Below, piece after piece: positions 22,660 through 32,728 of a stretch of DNA of 64,000 nt (position 1 is the stretch's first letter; every line of letters begins with the position of its first letter). Source of the DNA: an uncultured Muribaculaceae bacterium (GTDB lineage: Bacteria > Bacillota_I > Bacilli_A > RF39 > UBA660); contig CAZJKO010000001.1 of NCBI GenBank assembly GCA_964546995.1, forward strand, positions 8,504-72,503, in the 5' to 3' direction. Position numbers and translations under genes: made by a program. The notes under the pieces were generated by a model. That model did not search any database. It saw nothing but the letters and a program-made list of their open reading frames with translations, and was not told the DNA's origin.

Positions 22660-22712
22660 TGGTATAATTTTTGATAAAATTATTTCCTGGGAAATAAAAA
22701 GCGTGATATAAT
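22660..22712 (+). promoter_or_regulatory. dnaX promoter region: two extended -10 elements (TGGTATAAT, TGATATAAT) flanking the near-palindrome TATTTCCTGGGAAATA
   Basis: TGnTATAAT at ~22660-22668 and ~22704-22712; the palindrome at 22682-22697 lies between them. Confidence 0.4.
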
Positions 22713-22756
22713 ACTATTGTTTTATTAATTTCGTTTTCATATTGTGGGGGTGAATT

Positions 22757-24412
22757 ATGTATCAGGCACTTTATCGTAAATATAGACCTTCTTTGTTTAA
22801 AGAAATTGCTGGGCAACAAGTTGTTATAAAAATTTTACAAAATGCTTTAAAAACTTCTAAGATAAGTCATGCTTATTTGTTTTCTGGCCCACGTGGTACT
22901 GGTAAAACTACCATTGCTAAACTTCTTGCTAAAGCTGTAAATTGTTCTAATTTGCAGGATGGTGAACCTTGTGGTGTATGTGAACATTGTATTGATGCTT
23001 CTTCTAAAGAGTGCGTAGATATTATTGAAATCGATGCTGCTTCTAACAATGGCGTTGATGAGATAAGGGAGTTAAAAAATAAAATTAATTTGGTTCCTAA
23101 TTCATTAAAATATAAAGTTTATATTATTGATGAAGTTCATATGTTGTCCATTGGTGCGTTTAATGCTTTGTTGAAGACGTTAGAAGAACCACCTGAACAC
23201 GTTATTTTTATTTTAGCAACGACGGATCCTCAAAAAGTTCCTGTTACGATTGTTTCGCGGTGTCAATGTTTTTCTTTTAAAAAGATAAATTTTTCTGATA
23301 TGGTGGAAAAATTGAGCGAAGTAGCAACAAAAGAGCATATTTCTATTGACTCAGATGTGATCGATGAAATTGCTCGTTATGCCGATGGTGGTATGAGAGA
23401 TGCTCTTGGTCTTCTTGATCAACTTAGTTCTTATACTTTGGATACGATTACATTAGATGATTTTAGAAGTGTTAATGGGTTGTTGTCTGATGATGATATT
23501 CTTCAATTGCTAAATTATGTCTTTCACCAAGATTTTAAATCTGTTTTAGATTGTTTTGAATCATTATATAGTACAGGGAAAGATTTTATTCAATTAACTA
23601 ATCAAATGATTGAAATTTTGAGAAAACAATTGGTCGATTATTATATTTGTGATCAATCTTTAGTTGGAGATAAAGAACAATATTATCAATTGATTCTTAG
23701 GTTATCTGAAATCTTGGTTGATATGAAAAATGTAGGAAATGTTAAAGTGCTTCTCGAAATGACGTTGATAGGATTTATGAAATCACTTTCTTCCGATTCT
23801 TCTATCGAAAAAGAAATTTGCACTGACAATGTGGATAAAAGTAATCAGCCGATTCTTCCTAAAACAAAAGAAAAACCACATGTTGTGGAAAAGGTTGAAC
23901 CAGTTTTGAATGAAACTTCCATTGAAAGTAACGAATCCTTGATTTCTCTTCGCATTAATAATACTTTTGCTAAGGCTTCCAAACAGATATTGCTTGATTT
24001 GAAAGAAAAATGGTCACAATTAAATGATTTTGTTTTTAATCAGGAATTTGGATACTTGGTTTGTATTTTGTTGGATGGTACACTTAGAGCAGCAAGTGAT
24101 GAAAATGTGATTATTAGTTATCCGTATGATTCAATGGTGGAGAAGGGATATGGATGTATTTCTAAACTAGAGGAAATATTTACACGAGTATTTGGTATTT
24201 CGATTCATTTGGTTTTTATTACTGATGAAAGATGGAATCAGGAAAAAGCAGAGTTTATTCGGCGCAAAAATCAAAATGTGGCTTACGAGTATAAAAATGA
24301 ACCGCAAGAAGTTGTCAACGAAGTTCAAATCGATTTGAAATCGGGACAATCTGAAATTTCGCGTAGCGCAATTGAACTGTTTGGTGATATAGTAGAAATA
24401 GAAAAAAATTAG
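22757..24412 (+). CDS. dnaX: DNA polymerase III subunit tau/gamma DnaX
   Basis: 551 aa; Walker A GPRGTGKTT; zinc module CxxCxxC; SRC motif. Confidence 0.9.
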   Translation: MYQALYRKYRPSLFKEIAGQQVVIKILQNALKTSKISHAYLFSGPRGTGKTTIAKLLAKAVNCSNLQDGEPCGVCEHCIDASSKECVDIIEIDAASNNGVDEIRELKNKINLVPNSLKYKVYIIDEVHMLSIGAFNALLKTLEEPPEHVIFILATTDPQKVPVTIVSRCQCFSFKKINFSDMVEKLSEVATKEHISIDSDVIDEIARYADGGMRDALGLLDQLSSYTLDTITLDDFRSVNGLLSDDDILQLLNYVFHQDFKSVLDCFESLYSTGKDFIQLTNQMIEILRKQLVDYYICDQSLVGDKEQYYQLILRLSEILVDMKNVGNVKVLLEMTLIGFMKSLSSDSSIEKEICTDNVDKSNQPILPKTKEKPHVVEKVEPVLNETSIESNESLISLRINNTFAKASKQILLDLKEKWSQLNDFVFNQEFGYLVCILLDGTLRAASDENVIISYPYDSMVEKGYGCISKLEEIFTRVFGISIHLVFITDERWNQEKAEFIRRKNQNVAYEYKNEPQEVVNEVQIDLKSGQSEISRSAIELFGDIVEIEKN

Positions 24413-24427
24413 AAAGAAGGAATTAGT

Positions 24428-24727
24428 ATGAATATGCAAGCTCTTATGAAGCAAGCTCAAAATTTACAAAGAGATATGATGAAAGCGAAAGAAGAAATTG
24501 ATCAAATGACTTTTGTTGGGGAAAGTTCTTTAGTTAAAGTTACTATTAATGGGCAAAAGGAAGTTTTGAAAGTTGAAATTGATAAAGAAAGCGATCTTTC
24601 TTGCGATGATTTAGAACTTCTTGAGGATATGTTTGTTGTTGCAATTAATGCAGCGATGAAGCAAGTAGATGATATTACAGAAAAAAAGATGGGCAAATTT
24701 GGTAATTCTATGCCTGGGTTATTTTAG
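24428..24727 (+). CDS. ybaB: Nucleoid-associated protein YbaB/EbfC
   Basis: 99 aa; conserved MQALMKQAQNLQRDM...; position between dnaX and recR. Confidence 0.9.
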   Translation: MNMQALMKQAQNLQRDMMKAKEEIDQMTFVGESSLVKVTINGQKEVLKVEIDKESDLSCDDLELLEDMFVVAINAAMKQVDDITEKKMGKFGNSMPGLF

Positions 24728-24735
24728 GTATTATT

Positions 24736-25332
24736 ATGTATCCTGAAAGTTTGCGTAATTTAATTGAATCATTTAAATATTTTCCGGGAATTGGTGAGAA
24801 GACTGCAGAACGTCTTTCTTTTTCTGTTTTAGATTTGTCTTCAGAAAAAATTGAACTGTTTAAAGAAAGTTTAAATGATGTGAAAGAGAAATTGCATTTA
24901 TGTCCTAAATGCAATAGTTTAACGGATCGAGATCTTTGTTCTATTTGCAGTGATCCGTTGCGTGATTCTTCTTTGTTGTTAGTTGTAGAAGATGTGAGAA
25001 GTGTTTTTCTTTTTGAACGTCTCGGTATGTTTCATGGTCATTATCATGTTTTAGATGGATTGATTTCTCCATTAGATGGGATTAATCCTGAGGATATTCA
25101 GCTCGATAAGTTAATTGATCGCGTCAAAAACGGAGAATATTGCGAAATCATTTTAGCTTTTAAACCTAGTATAGAAGGAGAAACTACGGCACTTTACATT
25201 AAAAAGATTTTAGATGGTCTTCCTGTTATTGTTACACGGTTAGCTAGTGGTATTCCGATTGGTGCTGATATGGAATATATCGATGCTTTAACGCTTGAGA
25301 GAGCTTTGTCTGATCGTAAACAATTATCATAA
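24736..25332 (+). CDS. recR: Recombination protein RecR
   Basis: 198 aa; HhH motif YFPGIGEKTAERL; C4 zinc finger CPKCNSL...CSIC; Toprim domain. Confidence 0.9.
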   Translation: MYPESLRNLIESFKYFPGIGEKTAERLSFSVLDLSSEKIELFKESLNDVKEKLHLCPKCNSLTDRDLCSICSDPLRDSSLLLVVEDVRSVFLFERLGMFHGHYHVLDGLISPLDGINPEDIQLDKLIDRVKNGEYCEIILAFKPSIEGETTALYIKKILDGLPVIVTRLASGIPIGADMEYIDALTLERALSDRKQLS

Positions 25333-25371
25333 TTATTTTCTTTTTTCATAATTTTTAGTGGAGGAATAGTT

Positions 25372-25557
25372 ATGAAAAAGGTTTTGGATTTTCTTAAACG
25401 TTTTGTGTTGGGTGCATTTGTTTTATATGGATATAATTTAATTGCTGGATCATTTGGGCATGTTGTCCCTATTAATATTATTACAATTGGATTAGTGGGG
25501 ACGCTAGGTGTTCCTGCTTTATTTGCTTTAATTTTATTAAAAATTATTGCCTTTTAG
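25372..25557 (+). CDS. bofA: BofA-like small membrane protein (sigma-K processing regulator family)
   Basis: 61 aa, 2 TM; HVVPINIITIGLVGTLGVPAL aligns with B. subtilis BofA HIPINLITAGVTGFLGVPGL; it lies after recR, as bofA does in Bacillus. Confidence 0.55.
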   Translation: MKKVLDFLKRFVLGAFVLYGYNLIAGSFGHVVPINIITIGLVGTLGVPALFALILLKIIAF

Positions 25558-25567
25558 GAGGTGTTTT

Positions 25568-26443
25568 ATGTTAGAAGAATTTGTTATTGATCAGCCGCTT
25601 TTTTGTTCGGAAATAAAAGAAGCCGTTTTGAAAAATAGAAAAGTTTCTCATGCTTATTTGATCGAAAGCCACAATTATGAAAAAGCGCGGGAACTGGTTC
25701 TTGCTTTTTCGAAAGTTTTACTCAATTTGGACCATGAGATACATTGTTCACTTGAAAATAATCCGGATTTTAAGTGGATTGAGCCAGATGGTGGTTTATG
25801 GATTAAGAAAGAACAGTTGATCGATCTTCAAACTTCCTTTAAGACTAAATCTTTTGTGAATGGGCTTCGCGTTTATGTTATTTATGGTGCGGACAAGCTA
25901 AATAAGTCGTCAAGTAATGCTATGTTGAAATTTTTGGAAGAACCTTTTGATCAAATCGTTGCTATTTTAGTCACGCCGAATCGTTATCAAGTATTACCTA
26001 CTATCGTTTCTCGTTGTCAAGTTTTTTCTTTAGAGGAAAAAAGGCATACTTTGGAAAAAACAACGTTTGTTGAACGTGTTATTGATTTTTCTCTTCTTTT
26101 AGAGTCGAAGGGAAGTAAAAGTATTGCTTTTCTTTCGCCGTTTTATCAAGATTTATTTGCAACGAGGGAATCTTCGCTTGAAACAATGAAAGTTTTGTTT
26201 CATCTTTATACCGATTTTTTTGAAATGTTGGTTAAAAATACTCACTTAGAAGATCTTTATCCAGAAGAATTGATAAAAACAATTACAGATCAGAATATTT
26301 ATGATATAATAAACAAATTAAATGTGTTATCTGCTTATCAAGAACAGTTGAAATACAACGTCAATCTTAAAATGTGGTTAGATTCGTTTATTCTTTCGTT
26401 TGGAGGTGATAAAAGTGATCGAAGTAGTGGGAATTTCCATTAA
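25568..26443 (+). CDS. holB: DNA polymerase III subunit delta-prime HolB
   Basis: AAA+-like fold lacking the Walker A lysine (SHAYLI); SRC motif; start MLEEF at 25568 with RBS AGGAGGTG. Confidence 0.8.
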   Translation: MLEEFVIDQPLFCSEIKEAVLKNRKVSHAYLIESHNYEKARELVLAFSKVLLNLDHEIHCSLENNPDFKWIEPDGGLWIKKEQLIDLQTSFKTKSFVNGLRVYVIYGADKLNKSSSNAMLKFLEEPFDQIVAILVTPNRYQVLPTIVSRCQVFSLEEKRHTLEKTTFVERVIDFSLLLESKGSKSIAFLSPFYQDLFATRESSLETMKVLFHLYTDFFEMLVKNTHLEDLYPEELIKTITDQNIYDIINKLNVLSAYQEQLKYNVNLKMWLDSFILSFGGDKSDRSSGNFH

Positions 26444-27200
26444 GAAAAATGCTCGGGTTTATTATTTTTCACCGGAGAATTTGTCTTTTTCCATGGGTGA
26501 CTTTGTTGTTGTTGAAACTGAAAAAGGGTTACAATTTGGACAAGTTGTGGCTTTGCCTCATAAAAGAAAGAAAGAGGATTTGGTTCTACCTTTAAAAAAA
26601 GTGGTTCGTTTGGCTTTGCCTAAGGATATAGAACAATATAAGAAAAATGTAATAGAAGCAGAAAAAGCCCTTGAAAATGGTAGAAAATTTGCAAAGCAGT
26701 TGGGTCTTTCGATGCGTTTTATTGATGCACAGTTTACTCTTGATCGTAATCAATTGCTACTTAATTTCGTTGCTGATGAGAGAATTGATTTTAGGGAATT
26801 GGCAAAACGACTTGCTCAACTTTATAAAACGAGAATTGAGTTACGTCAAATTGGTGTTCGAGATAAGGCCAAGGAAATTGGTGGACTTGGGCCATGTGGA
26901 AGATTTTTGTGTTGTAATACTTTCTTGACTGATTTTAATAGTGTGTCTATCAATATGGCTAAAAATCAATTTTTATCTTTGAACCCTACTAAGATTAATG
27001 GGGTTTGTGGAAGACTTCTTTGTTGTTTAAATTATGAGGATGAGATGTATACAGAACTGCGAAAAGGGCTTCCTTCTTTGGGAATGTTGTGTGAGACTCC
27101 AGAAGGATTAGGAAAAGTTACTTCTGTCGATGTGTTTCATCGAACTTACAAAGTAGATGTTAAGGGTAAAGGTATTGTGGTGATGGAAGAGGATAAATGA
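26415..27200 (+). CDS. ricT: PSP1-domain protein RicT/YaaT (RicAFT complex subunit)
   Basis: PSP1 C-terminal domain with Cys cluster GPCGRFLCC...GVCGRLLCC; probable GTG start at 26415 after GGAGGTG (track ORF starts at 26400). Confidence 0.8.
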   Translation: MIEVVGISIKKNARVYYFSPENLSFSMGDFVVVETEKGLQFGQVVALPHKRKKEDLVLPLKKVVRLALPKDIEQYKKNVIEAEKALENGRKFAKQLGLSMRFIDAQFTLDRNQLLLNFVADERIDFRELAKRLAQLYKTRIELRQIGVRDKAKEIGGLGPCGRFLCCNTFLTDFNSVSINMAKNQFLSLNPTKINGVCGRLLCCLNYEDEMYTELRKGLPSLGMLCETPEGLGKVTSVDVFHRTYKVDVKGKGIVVMEEDK

Positions 27201-27925
27201 TGGAAGTATTGCACGATTTAGTTGGTTATTCTGATCGAAAGATTTTTGAGGATACAGAGGGTTTTTCTTTTTCCTTAGATTCTGTTTTGTTGGCAAGATT
27301 TGTCTCTCTTCGTTTGACGGATAAAAACATATTGGATTTAGGAACTGGTACTGCTCCCATTCCTTTGATTTTATCTGTTCGTAGTCATGCTCATATTACA
27401 GGAGTAGAACTTCAAAAACGAAGTGCTGATTTAGCTAAGCGGTCTGTGAAATACAATCATTTGGAAGCACAAATCGATATTGTTCAAACGGATATGAAGG
27501 ATTATGTTGAGCAAGTTTTACCCGAAACGTTTGATGTCATTACTGTAAATCCACCTTACTTTAAATACGATGCATCGTCGATTACGAACGTTTCTTATTC
27601 TAAGATGATTGCTCGGCACGAAGTGGCTATTACGCTTGAAGAAATCGTTTGTATTGCATCGAAGTTGCTTCGTCATCATGGCTGTTTGGCGATGGTTCAT
27701 CGTGCGGATCGATTGTTAGATGTGTTAGAGGTTTATCGTCGTTATCATATTGAACCAAAACGGATTCAATTTGTTTTTCCGAAGATGGGAAGAGATGCTA
27801 ACATGATTTTGATTGAAGGTAAAAAGAATGGGTCGTCAGGGGTTAAGATTGAAGAACCTCTTTACGTTCACAATGAAGATGATTCTTATACGGATATGGT
27901 TAAAGCTTTTTTTGAATGGAGGTAA
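27197..27925 (+). CDS. tRNA (adenine-N6)-methyltransferase-like SAM MTase (YabB/TrmN6 family)
   Basis: 242 aa; DLGTGTAPIPL and the N6-amino-MTase NPPY motif (VITVNPPYF). Confidence 0.75.
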   Translation: MMEVLHDLVGYSDRKIFEDTEGFSFSLDSVLLARFVSLRLTDKNILDLGTGTAPIPLILSVRSHAHITGVELQKRSADLAKRSVKYNHLEAQIDIVQTDMKDYVEQVLPETFDVITVNPPYFKYDASSITNVSYSKMIARHEVAITLEEIVCIASKLLRHHGCLAMVHRADRLLDVLEVYRRYHIEPKRIQFVFPKMGRDANMILIEGKKNGSSGVKIEEPLYVHNEDDSYTDMVKAFFEWR

Positions 27926-28776
27926 TCGTGGTGGTGAGTCAAAAAAGTTATCAAGATAATACAGGACATTTGTATTTAATTCCAACTCCTATTGGTAATT
28001 TGGATGATATGACAATGCGTGCTCTTAAAACGCTCGAAATGGTCGATTTTCTTTTATGTGAAGATACTAGAGTGACAGAACAATTGCTATCTCATTTTCA
28101 TCTTCGTAAAAAACTATATAGTTGTCACGATCACAACGAAGATGATATGAAACAGTTTGTCTTGGAGAAACTAGAAGAGCATAAGGAAATTGGATTGGTT
28201 ACGGATCGGGGAACGCCTATTATTAGTGATCCTGGATATAAGATTGTCGAAGAAGTGATCAAACATCATTTTCCTGTAATCGGTTTACCTGGACCAACGG
28301 CTTTTGTTCCTGCTCTGATTACGTCTGGTTTAGCACCTTCTCCTTTTCTATTTTATGGTTTTTTGAATGCCAAAAAGACAAAACGAGAGAAAGAATTATC
28401 TTCTTTAAAGCACTATCCATATACTATGATCTTTTATGAAGCTCCTCATCGTGTTTATGAGACACTTCAGTCTGTTTTGTCTGTTTTAGGAAATAGAAAG
28501 ATTAGTTTACATCGTGAAATTTCTAAGTTATATGAGGAGGTGTATCGTGGTACGATTGAAGAAGTGTTACCACTTGTACCTACGATGAAAGGGGAAATGG
28601 TTTTTTTGGTCGATGGAAATCACGATACTATTGATTATAGTCATTTATCTGTTAAAGATCATGTCGTTCTTTATACCTCTTCAGGAATGAGTGATATGGA
28701 AGCGATTAAAGAAGTAGCAAGGGAGCGTCATGTTCCAAAAGCTACGATCTATCAAGAATATCATAGAGGGAAGTGA
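27916..28776 (+). CDS. rsmI: 16S rRNA (cytidine1402-2'-O)-methyltransferase RsmI
   Basis: Tetrapyrrole-methylase fold; GHLYLIPTPIGNLDDMTMRAL...EDTR; true start may be GTG at ~27928. Confidence 0.85.
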   Translation: MEVIVVVSQKSYQDNTGHLYLIPTPIGNLDDMTMRALKTLEMVDFLLCEDTRVTEQLLSHFHLRKKLYSCHDHNEDDMKQFVLEKLEEHKEIGLVTDRGTPIISDPGYKIVEEVIKHHFPVIGLPGPTAFVPALITSGLAPSPFLFYGFLNAKKTKREKELSSLKHYPYTMIFYEAPHRVYETLQSVLSVLGNRKISLHREISKLYEEVYRGTIEEVLPLVPTMKGEMVFLVDGNHDTIDYSHLSVKDHVVLYTSSGMSDMEAIKEVARERHVPKATIYQEYHRGK

Positions 28777-28780
28777 TCAT

Positions 28781-29356
28781 ATGAAATTAATTGTAGGGTT
28801 AGGAAATCCTGGTAGGGAGTATGATAATACTAGACATAATGTTGGCTTTTTCATTTTAGATTCGTATTTAAAAGAAAGAGGGATTTCTCTTACAAAACAT
28901 AAAATGAACGGTCTTTACCAAGAGGAATGGATTCGTTCAGAAAGGGTTATTTTTTTAAAGCCTCAATCTTATATTAATTTGTCTGGTGAAGTAATTTCTT
29001 TTTTTGTTTCTTATTATAAAATTTCGTTATCTGATTTATTGATTATTCATGACGATATGGATTTAATGCTCGGGTGTTTCAAGTTAAAAGAAAGAGGAAG
29101 TAGCGCGGGACATAACGGTCTTAAAAACATTGAACTTCATTTAGCTACAAGAGAGTATAACCGTTTGAAAGTGGGAATTTCTAAGAATAAGAATATGGAT
29201 ATGAAAGATTATGTTTTAGGAAAGCTATCGAATGATGAACAAAAGGTTTTGCAACATGTTGTTCTTTCTACGAATCAAGTAATCGATCGTTTTATCGATG
29301 GTGAATCATTTCAGAGTTTAATGAGCCAATTTAATCAAAAAAATGGTGATATGTAA
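28781..29356 (+). CDS. pth: Peptidyl-tRNA hydrolase
   Basis: MKLIVGLGNPGREYDNTRHNVGF; start at the internal ATG 28781. Confidence 0.9.
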   Translation: MKLIVGLGNPGREYDNTRHNVGFFILDSYLKERGISLTKHKMNGLYQEEWIRSERVIFLKPQSYINLSGEVISFFVSYYKISLSDLLIIHDDMDLMLGCFKLKERGSSAGHNGLKNIELHLATREYNRLKVGISKNKNMDMKDYVLGKLSNDEQKVLQHVVLSTNQVIDRFIDGESFQSLMSQFNQKNGDM

Positions 29357-32300
29357 TGAAACCGCTTTTTGATTATTTACCACTTACTAAGACATCTAAC
29401 ATCGGATTAGTTGGACTAACGGATGGTTTTTTTAGTGCCTATTTAGTTCATTTGTTCCAACAGTCAAACCGTAATATTTTGATTGTTACTTCAACACTCT
29501 ATGAAGCAAATCAATTGTTTTCGTCTCTTAGCTGTTATACTAAAGATGTATTGTTATATCCAATGGATGATTTTTTGACGAGTGAAGCCGTTGCAACATC
29601 GCCAGATTTAATGGTTCATCGTTTGGAGACACTCGATATTCTTACGAGCGATACTAATCCACATATTGTTGTTACGCATCTGATGGGGTATTTGCGTTAT
29701 CTTCCAACAGTCGATGTTTATAAACGTAATACCCTTTCGTTAGAGATAGATATGGAAATCGGTCCCAAAGATTTGCAAAATAAGCTTTTTTCAATGGGTT
29801 ATACTCGTGAGACGATTGTTACCAAAACAGGAGAAATAGGGGTTCGTGGTTTTATCACAGATATTTTCCCTGTATCTTCTTCCCATCCTGTGCGAATTGA
29901 ATTTTTTGGTGATACGATAGAATCTATTCGTTATTTTGATGAAGAAACACAGAAATCTATCGAAGAAATCGATCACATTACGATTAAACCTTATACGGAA
30001 TTTTTGGTCGATGAAAGAAACGATGATCTTTCTTTTAAACAAAAATTTTTAAAACAGTACTCCAAAAAGATATCTTCTCTTAGCGATTATATTGATCATC
30101 CTATTGTTGTTTTTAAAGATTACAATCAACTTGTTTTTTCCTACCAGAAATTAGAAGAAGAAATTTTGGAGTATCGAACAAATAAAGATGTTTCTTTTAC
30201 GGACGATTATATGTTTTCTTTTGCTTCTCTTTATCCAAAAGAATGTATCCATTATATGACCATCGATAATTATGTTAGTTTTGCACGCGATTTGGAACTT
30301 GTATCTTTTGATGTGAAATCGATTTTGCCTTTTCATGAAAATATCGATTTGATTCGTTCTTTTTTAAAGGAAAGTTTGGATGCGTTAAAGACTGTTGTCG
30401 TTTGTTTAAAAGAATATCAGATCAAGAATTTTTTGAAACATATCGATTTACCTTACGTAGAAACGAACGAGTACGACATCTTTCCACAGAAATTGAATAT
30501 TATTTCTAAGGAAATTATGCAGGGATTTATTTATCAGGATCTCGTTGTTTTGTCTGATAAAGATCTTTTTCATGTCAAGGCTTCTAAAAAATCTTATAAA
30601 ACGAACTTTAAGTATGCATCTAAGATTAAAGATTTAACGAAGCTTTCGATCGGTGATTATGTCGTTCATCACGTTCATGGAATTGGTATATATAATGGTA
30701 TTCGTACGCTTAGTAAGGGGTCTATTCAAAAGGATTATATCGAAGTGTTATATCGTGGAAAAGATAAGCTTTATATTCCTGTAGAAAAGATCGATTTACT
30801 TAGTAAATATGCAGGAGGAGAGGGGGCTGTTCCTAAAATTCATCAACTTGGAGGTAGTGAATGGAGTAAGACGAAGCAACGCGTTCGCAATAAAATTAAA
30901 GATATTGCAGATAAACTTCTTCGAATTTATGCAGAACGAGAAATTCGACATGGTTTTATGTTTAGTAAGGATACGATTTATCAGAAGCAATTCGAAGATG
31001 AATTTCCTTATCAAGAGACAAAAGATCAACTTCTTTCGATAGAGCAAATTAAGGAAGATATGGAATCTAGTCATCCGATGGATCGGTTGCTCTGTGGCGA
31101 TGTAGGTTATGGTAAGACAGAAGTTGCATTTCGTGCTATTTTTAAAGCTGTTATGGATTCTAAACAAGTTCTTTATTTGTGCCCAACGACGATTCTTTCG
31201 AATCAACATTACGAAAATGCAAAGCAACGGTTTAAAAACTTTCCTGTACAGATTGCTCTTTTGAATCGATTTACCCCAAGGAAAGAAGTAAAACGCATTT
31301 TAGTGGGGTTAACTTCTGGTACGATCGATTTGGTGATTGGAACACATCGATTACTCGGGAAAGATGTTATTCCTAAAGATTTGGGGCTATTGATCATTGA
31401 TGAAGAGCAACGTTTTGGGGTTACTCATAAAGAAAGGATTAAGGAGTATAAGACGAATGTCGATGTACTTACGTTAACTGCGACACCTATTCCTAGGACT
31501 CTTCAGATGTCTATGGTGGGTATTCGAAGTTTATCTTTGATTGAAACTCCTCCTGTGGATCGCTATCCCGTTCAAACTTATGTTATTGAAGAAAATGATC
31601 AAATTATCAAGGAAGCTATTTATAAAGAGTTATCTCGGGATGGACAGGTCTTCTTGCTTTATAACCGTGTGGAAACGATTTTAGAAGAAGTGGACCGTAT
31701 TTCTCGGCTTGTTCCTGATGCAAGAATTACTTATGCCCATGGCAAAATGACTAAAACGGAACTTGAGGACCGCATGATTGCTTTTACCAATCACGAATAT
31801 GATGTTTTGATTTGTACGACGATTATCGAAACGGGAATAGATATTCCTAATGTGAATACTCTTATTATTAAAGATGCTGATCGTTTTGGTTTGGCTCAAC
31901 TTTATCAAATTAGAGGTAGAGTTGGACGTAGCAATAAAATTGCTTATGCTTATTTAATGTATCAGCCGTATAAGTTGTTGGGTGAAACGGCTATTAAGCG
32001 GCTTAATGTCATTAAAGAATTTACGGAACTTGGTAGTGGATTTTCTATTGCAACGAGGGATTTATCTATTCGTGGGGCCGGAGATATTTTAGGGAGTGAA
32101 CAAGCTGGTTTTATTGATACTATAGGGATTGATCTCTACCTTAAGATGTTGCAAGAAGAGGTCGATCGTTTAAAGGGAAATGCTGTTTCAATGGATGATG
32201 AAGGTGGAGATGAAAAACCTCTTCTCGATGTTGAAACTCATATTAAAGATCAGTATGTTAGTGAAAATGATTTGAAGATTGAGATTCATCGTAAGATTAA

Positions 32301-32661
32301 TGAAATTGATTCTTATGATAAATTGATCGCGGTTCAAAATGAAATAGAAGATCGTTTTGGAAAGATGGATGAAACTTTAATTATTTATATGTATGAAGAG
32401 TGGTTTGAAAAGTTAGCAAAACAATATGAGATTGAGAAAGTTCGGCAAACAAAGAATTCTATTGAATTAGTGTTTTCTTGTTCGATGTCTGAGAAAATTG
32501 ATACAGAGGCTCTTTTTGTTCAGGCTTTTCACATTACTACGATGTTTCGATTTCAAGCAAAACAGAATCGTATGATTATCATCCTCGATACGATTAAATT
32601 AGATAAGCATCCGATTTATTACTTAACGGAGTTAATTTCACAAATTCGACTAAAGGTGTAA
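29356..32661 (+). CDS. mfd: Transcription-repair coupling factor Mfd
   Basis: 1101 aa; UvrB-like N-terminus, RNAP-interacting domain, SF2 translocase motifs (GDVGYGKTEVA; DEEQRFG), TRG motif. Confidence 0.95.
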   Translation: MKPLFDYLPLTKTSNIGLVGLTDGFFSAYLVHLFQQSNRNILIVTSTLYEANQLFSSLSCYTKDVLLYPMDDFLTSEAVATSPDLMVHRLETLDILTSDTNPHIVVTHLMGYLRYLPTVDVYKRNTLSLEIDMEIGPKDLQNKLFSMGYTRETIVTKTGEIGVRGFITDIFPVSSSHPVRIEFFGDTIESIRYFDEETQKSIEEIDHITIKPYTEFLVDERNDDLSFKQKFLKQYSKKISSLSDYIDHPIVVFKDYNQLVFSYQKLEEEILEYRTNKDVSFTDDYMFSFASLYPKECIHYMTIDNYVSFARDLELVSFDVKSILPFHENIDLIRSFLKESLDALKTVVVCLKEYQIKNFLKHIDLPYVETNEYDIFPQKLNIISKEIMQGFIYQDLVVLSDKDLFHVKASKKSYKTNFKYASKIKDLTKLSIGDYVVHHVHGIGIYNGIRTLSKGSIQKDYIEVLYRGKDKLYIPVEKIDLLSKYAGGEGAVPKIHQLGGSEWSKTKQRVRNKIKDIADKLLRIYAEREIRHGFMFSKDTIYQKQFEDEFPYQETKDQLLSIEQIKEDMESSHPMDRLLCGDVGYGKTEVAFRAIFKAVMDSKQVLYLCPTTILSNQHYENAKQRFKNFPVQIALLNRFTPRKEVKRILVGLTSGTIDLVIGTHRLLGKDVIPKDLGLLIIDEEQRFGVTHKERIKEYKTNVDVLTLTATPIPRTLQMSMVGIRSLSLIETPPVDRYPVQTYVIEENDQIIKEAIYKELSRDGQVFLLYNRVETILEEVDRISRLVPDARITYAHGKMTKTELEDRMIAFTNHEYDVLICTTIIETGIDIPNVNTLIIKDADRFGLAQLYQIRGRVGRSNKIAYAYLMYQPYKLLGETAIKRLNVIKEFTELGSGFSIATRDLSIRGAGDILGSEQAGFIDTIGIDLYLKMLQEEVDRLKGNAVSMDDEGGDEKPLLDVETHIKDQYVSENDLKIEIHRKINEIDSYDKLIAVQNEIEDRFGKMDETLIIYMYEEWFEKLAKQYEIEKVRQTKNSIELVFSCSMSEKIDTEALFVQAFHITTMFRFQAKQNRMIIILDTIKLDKHPIYYLTELISQIRLKV

Positions 32662-32728
32662 TTTTGTTTTTCTTGACAATACTTTTTATCTTTTGTATTC
32701 TTGTAATGAGAATAGAAAAGGTGAAGTT

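Noticed and set aside
24775-24795. Third TTTCCGGGAA palindrome resembling the candidate operator
   Set aside because: It lies inside recR and simply encodes the conserved HhH motif F-P-G-I-G, so codon constraint explains it.
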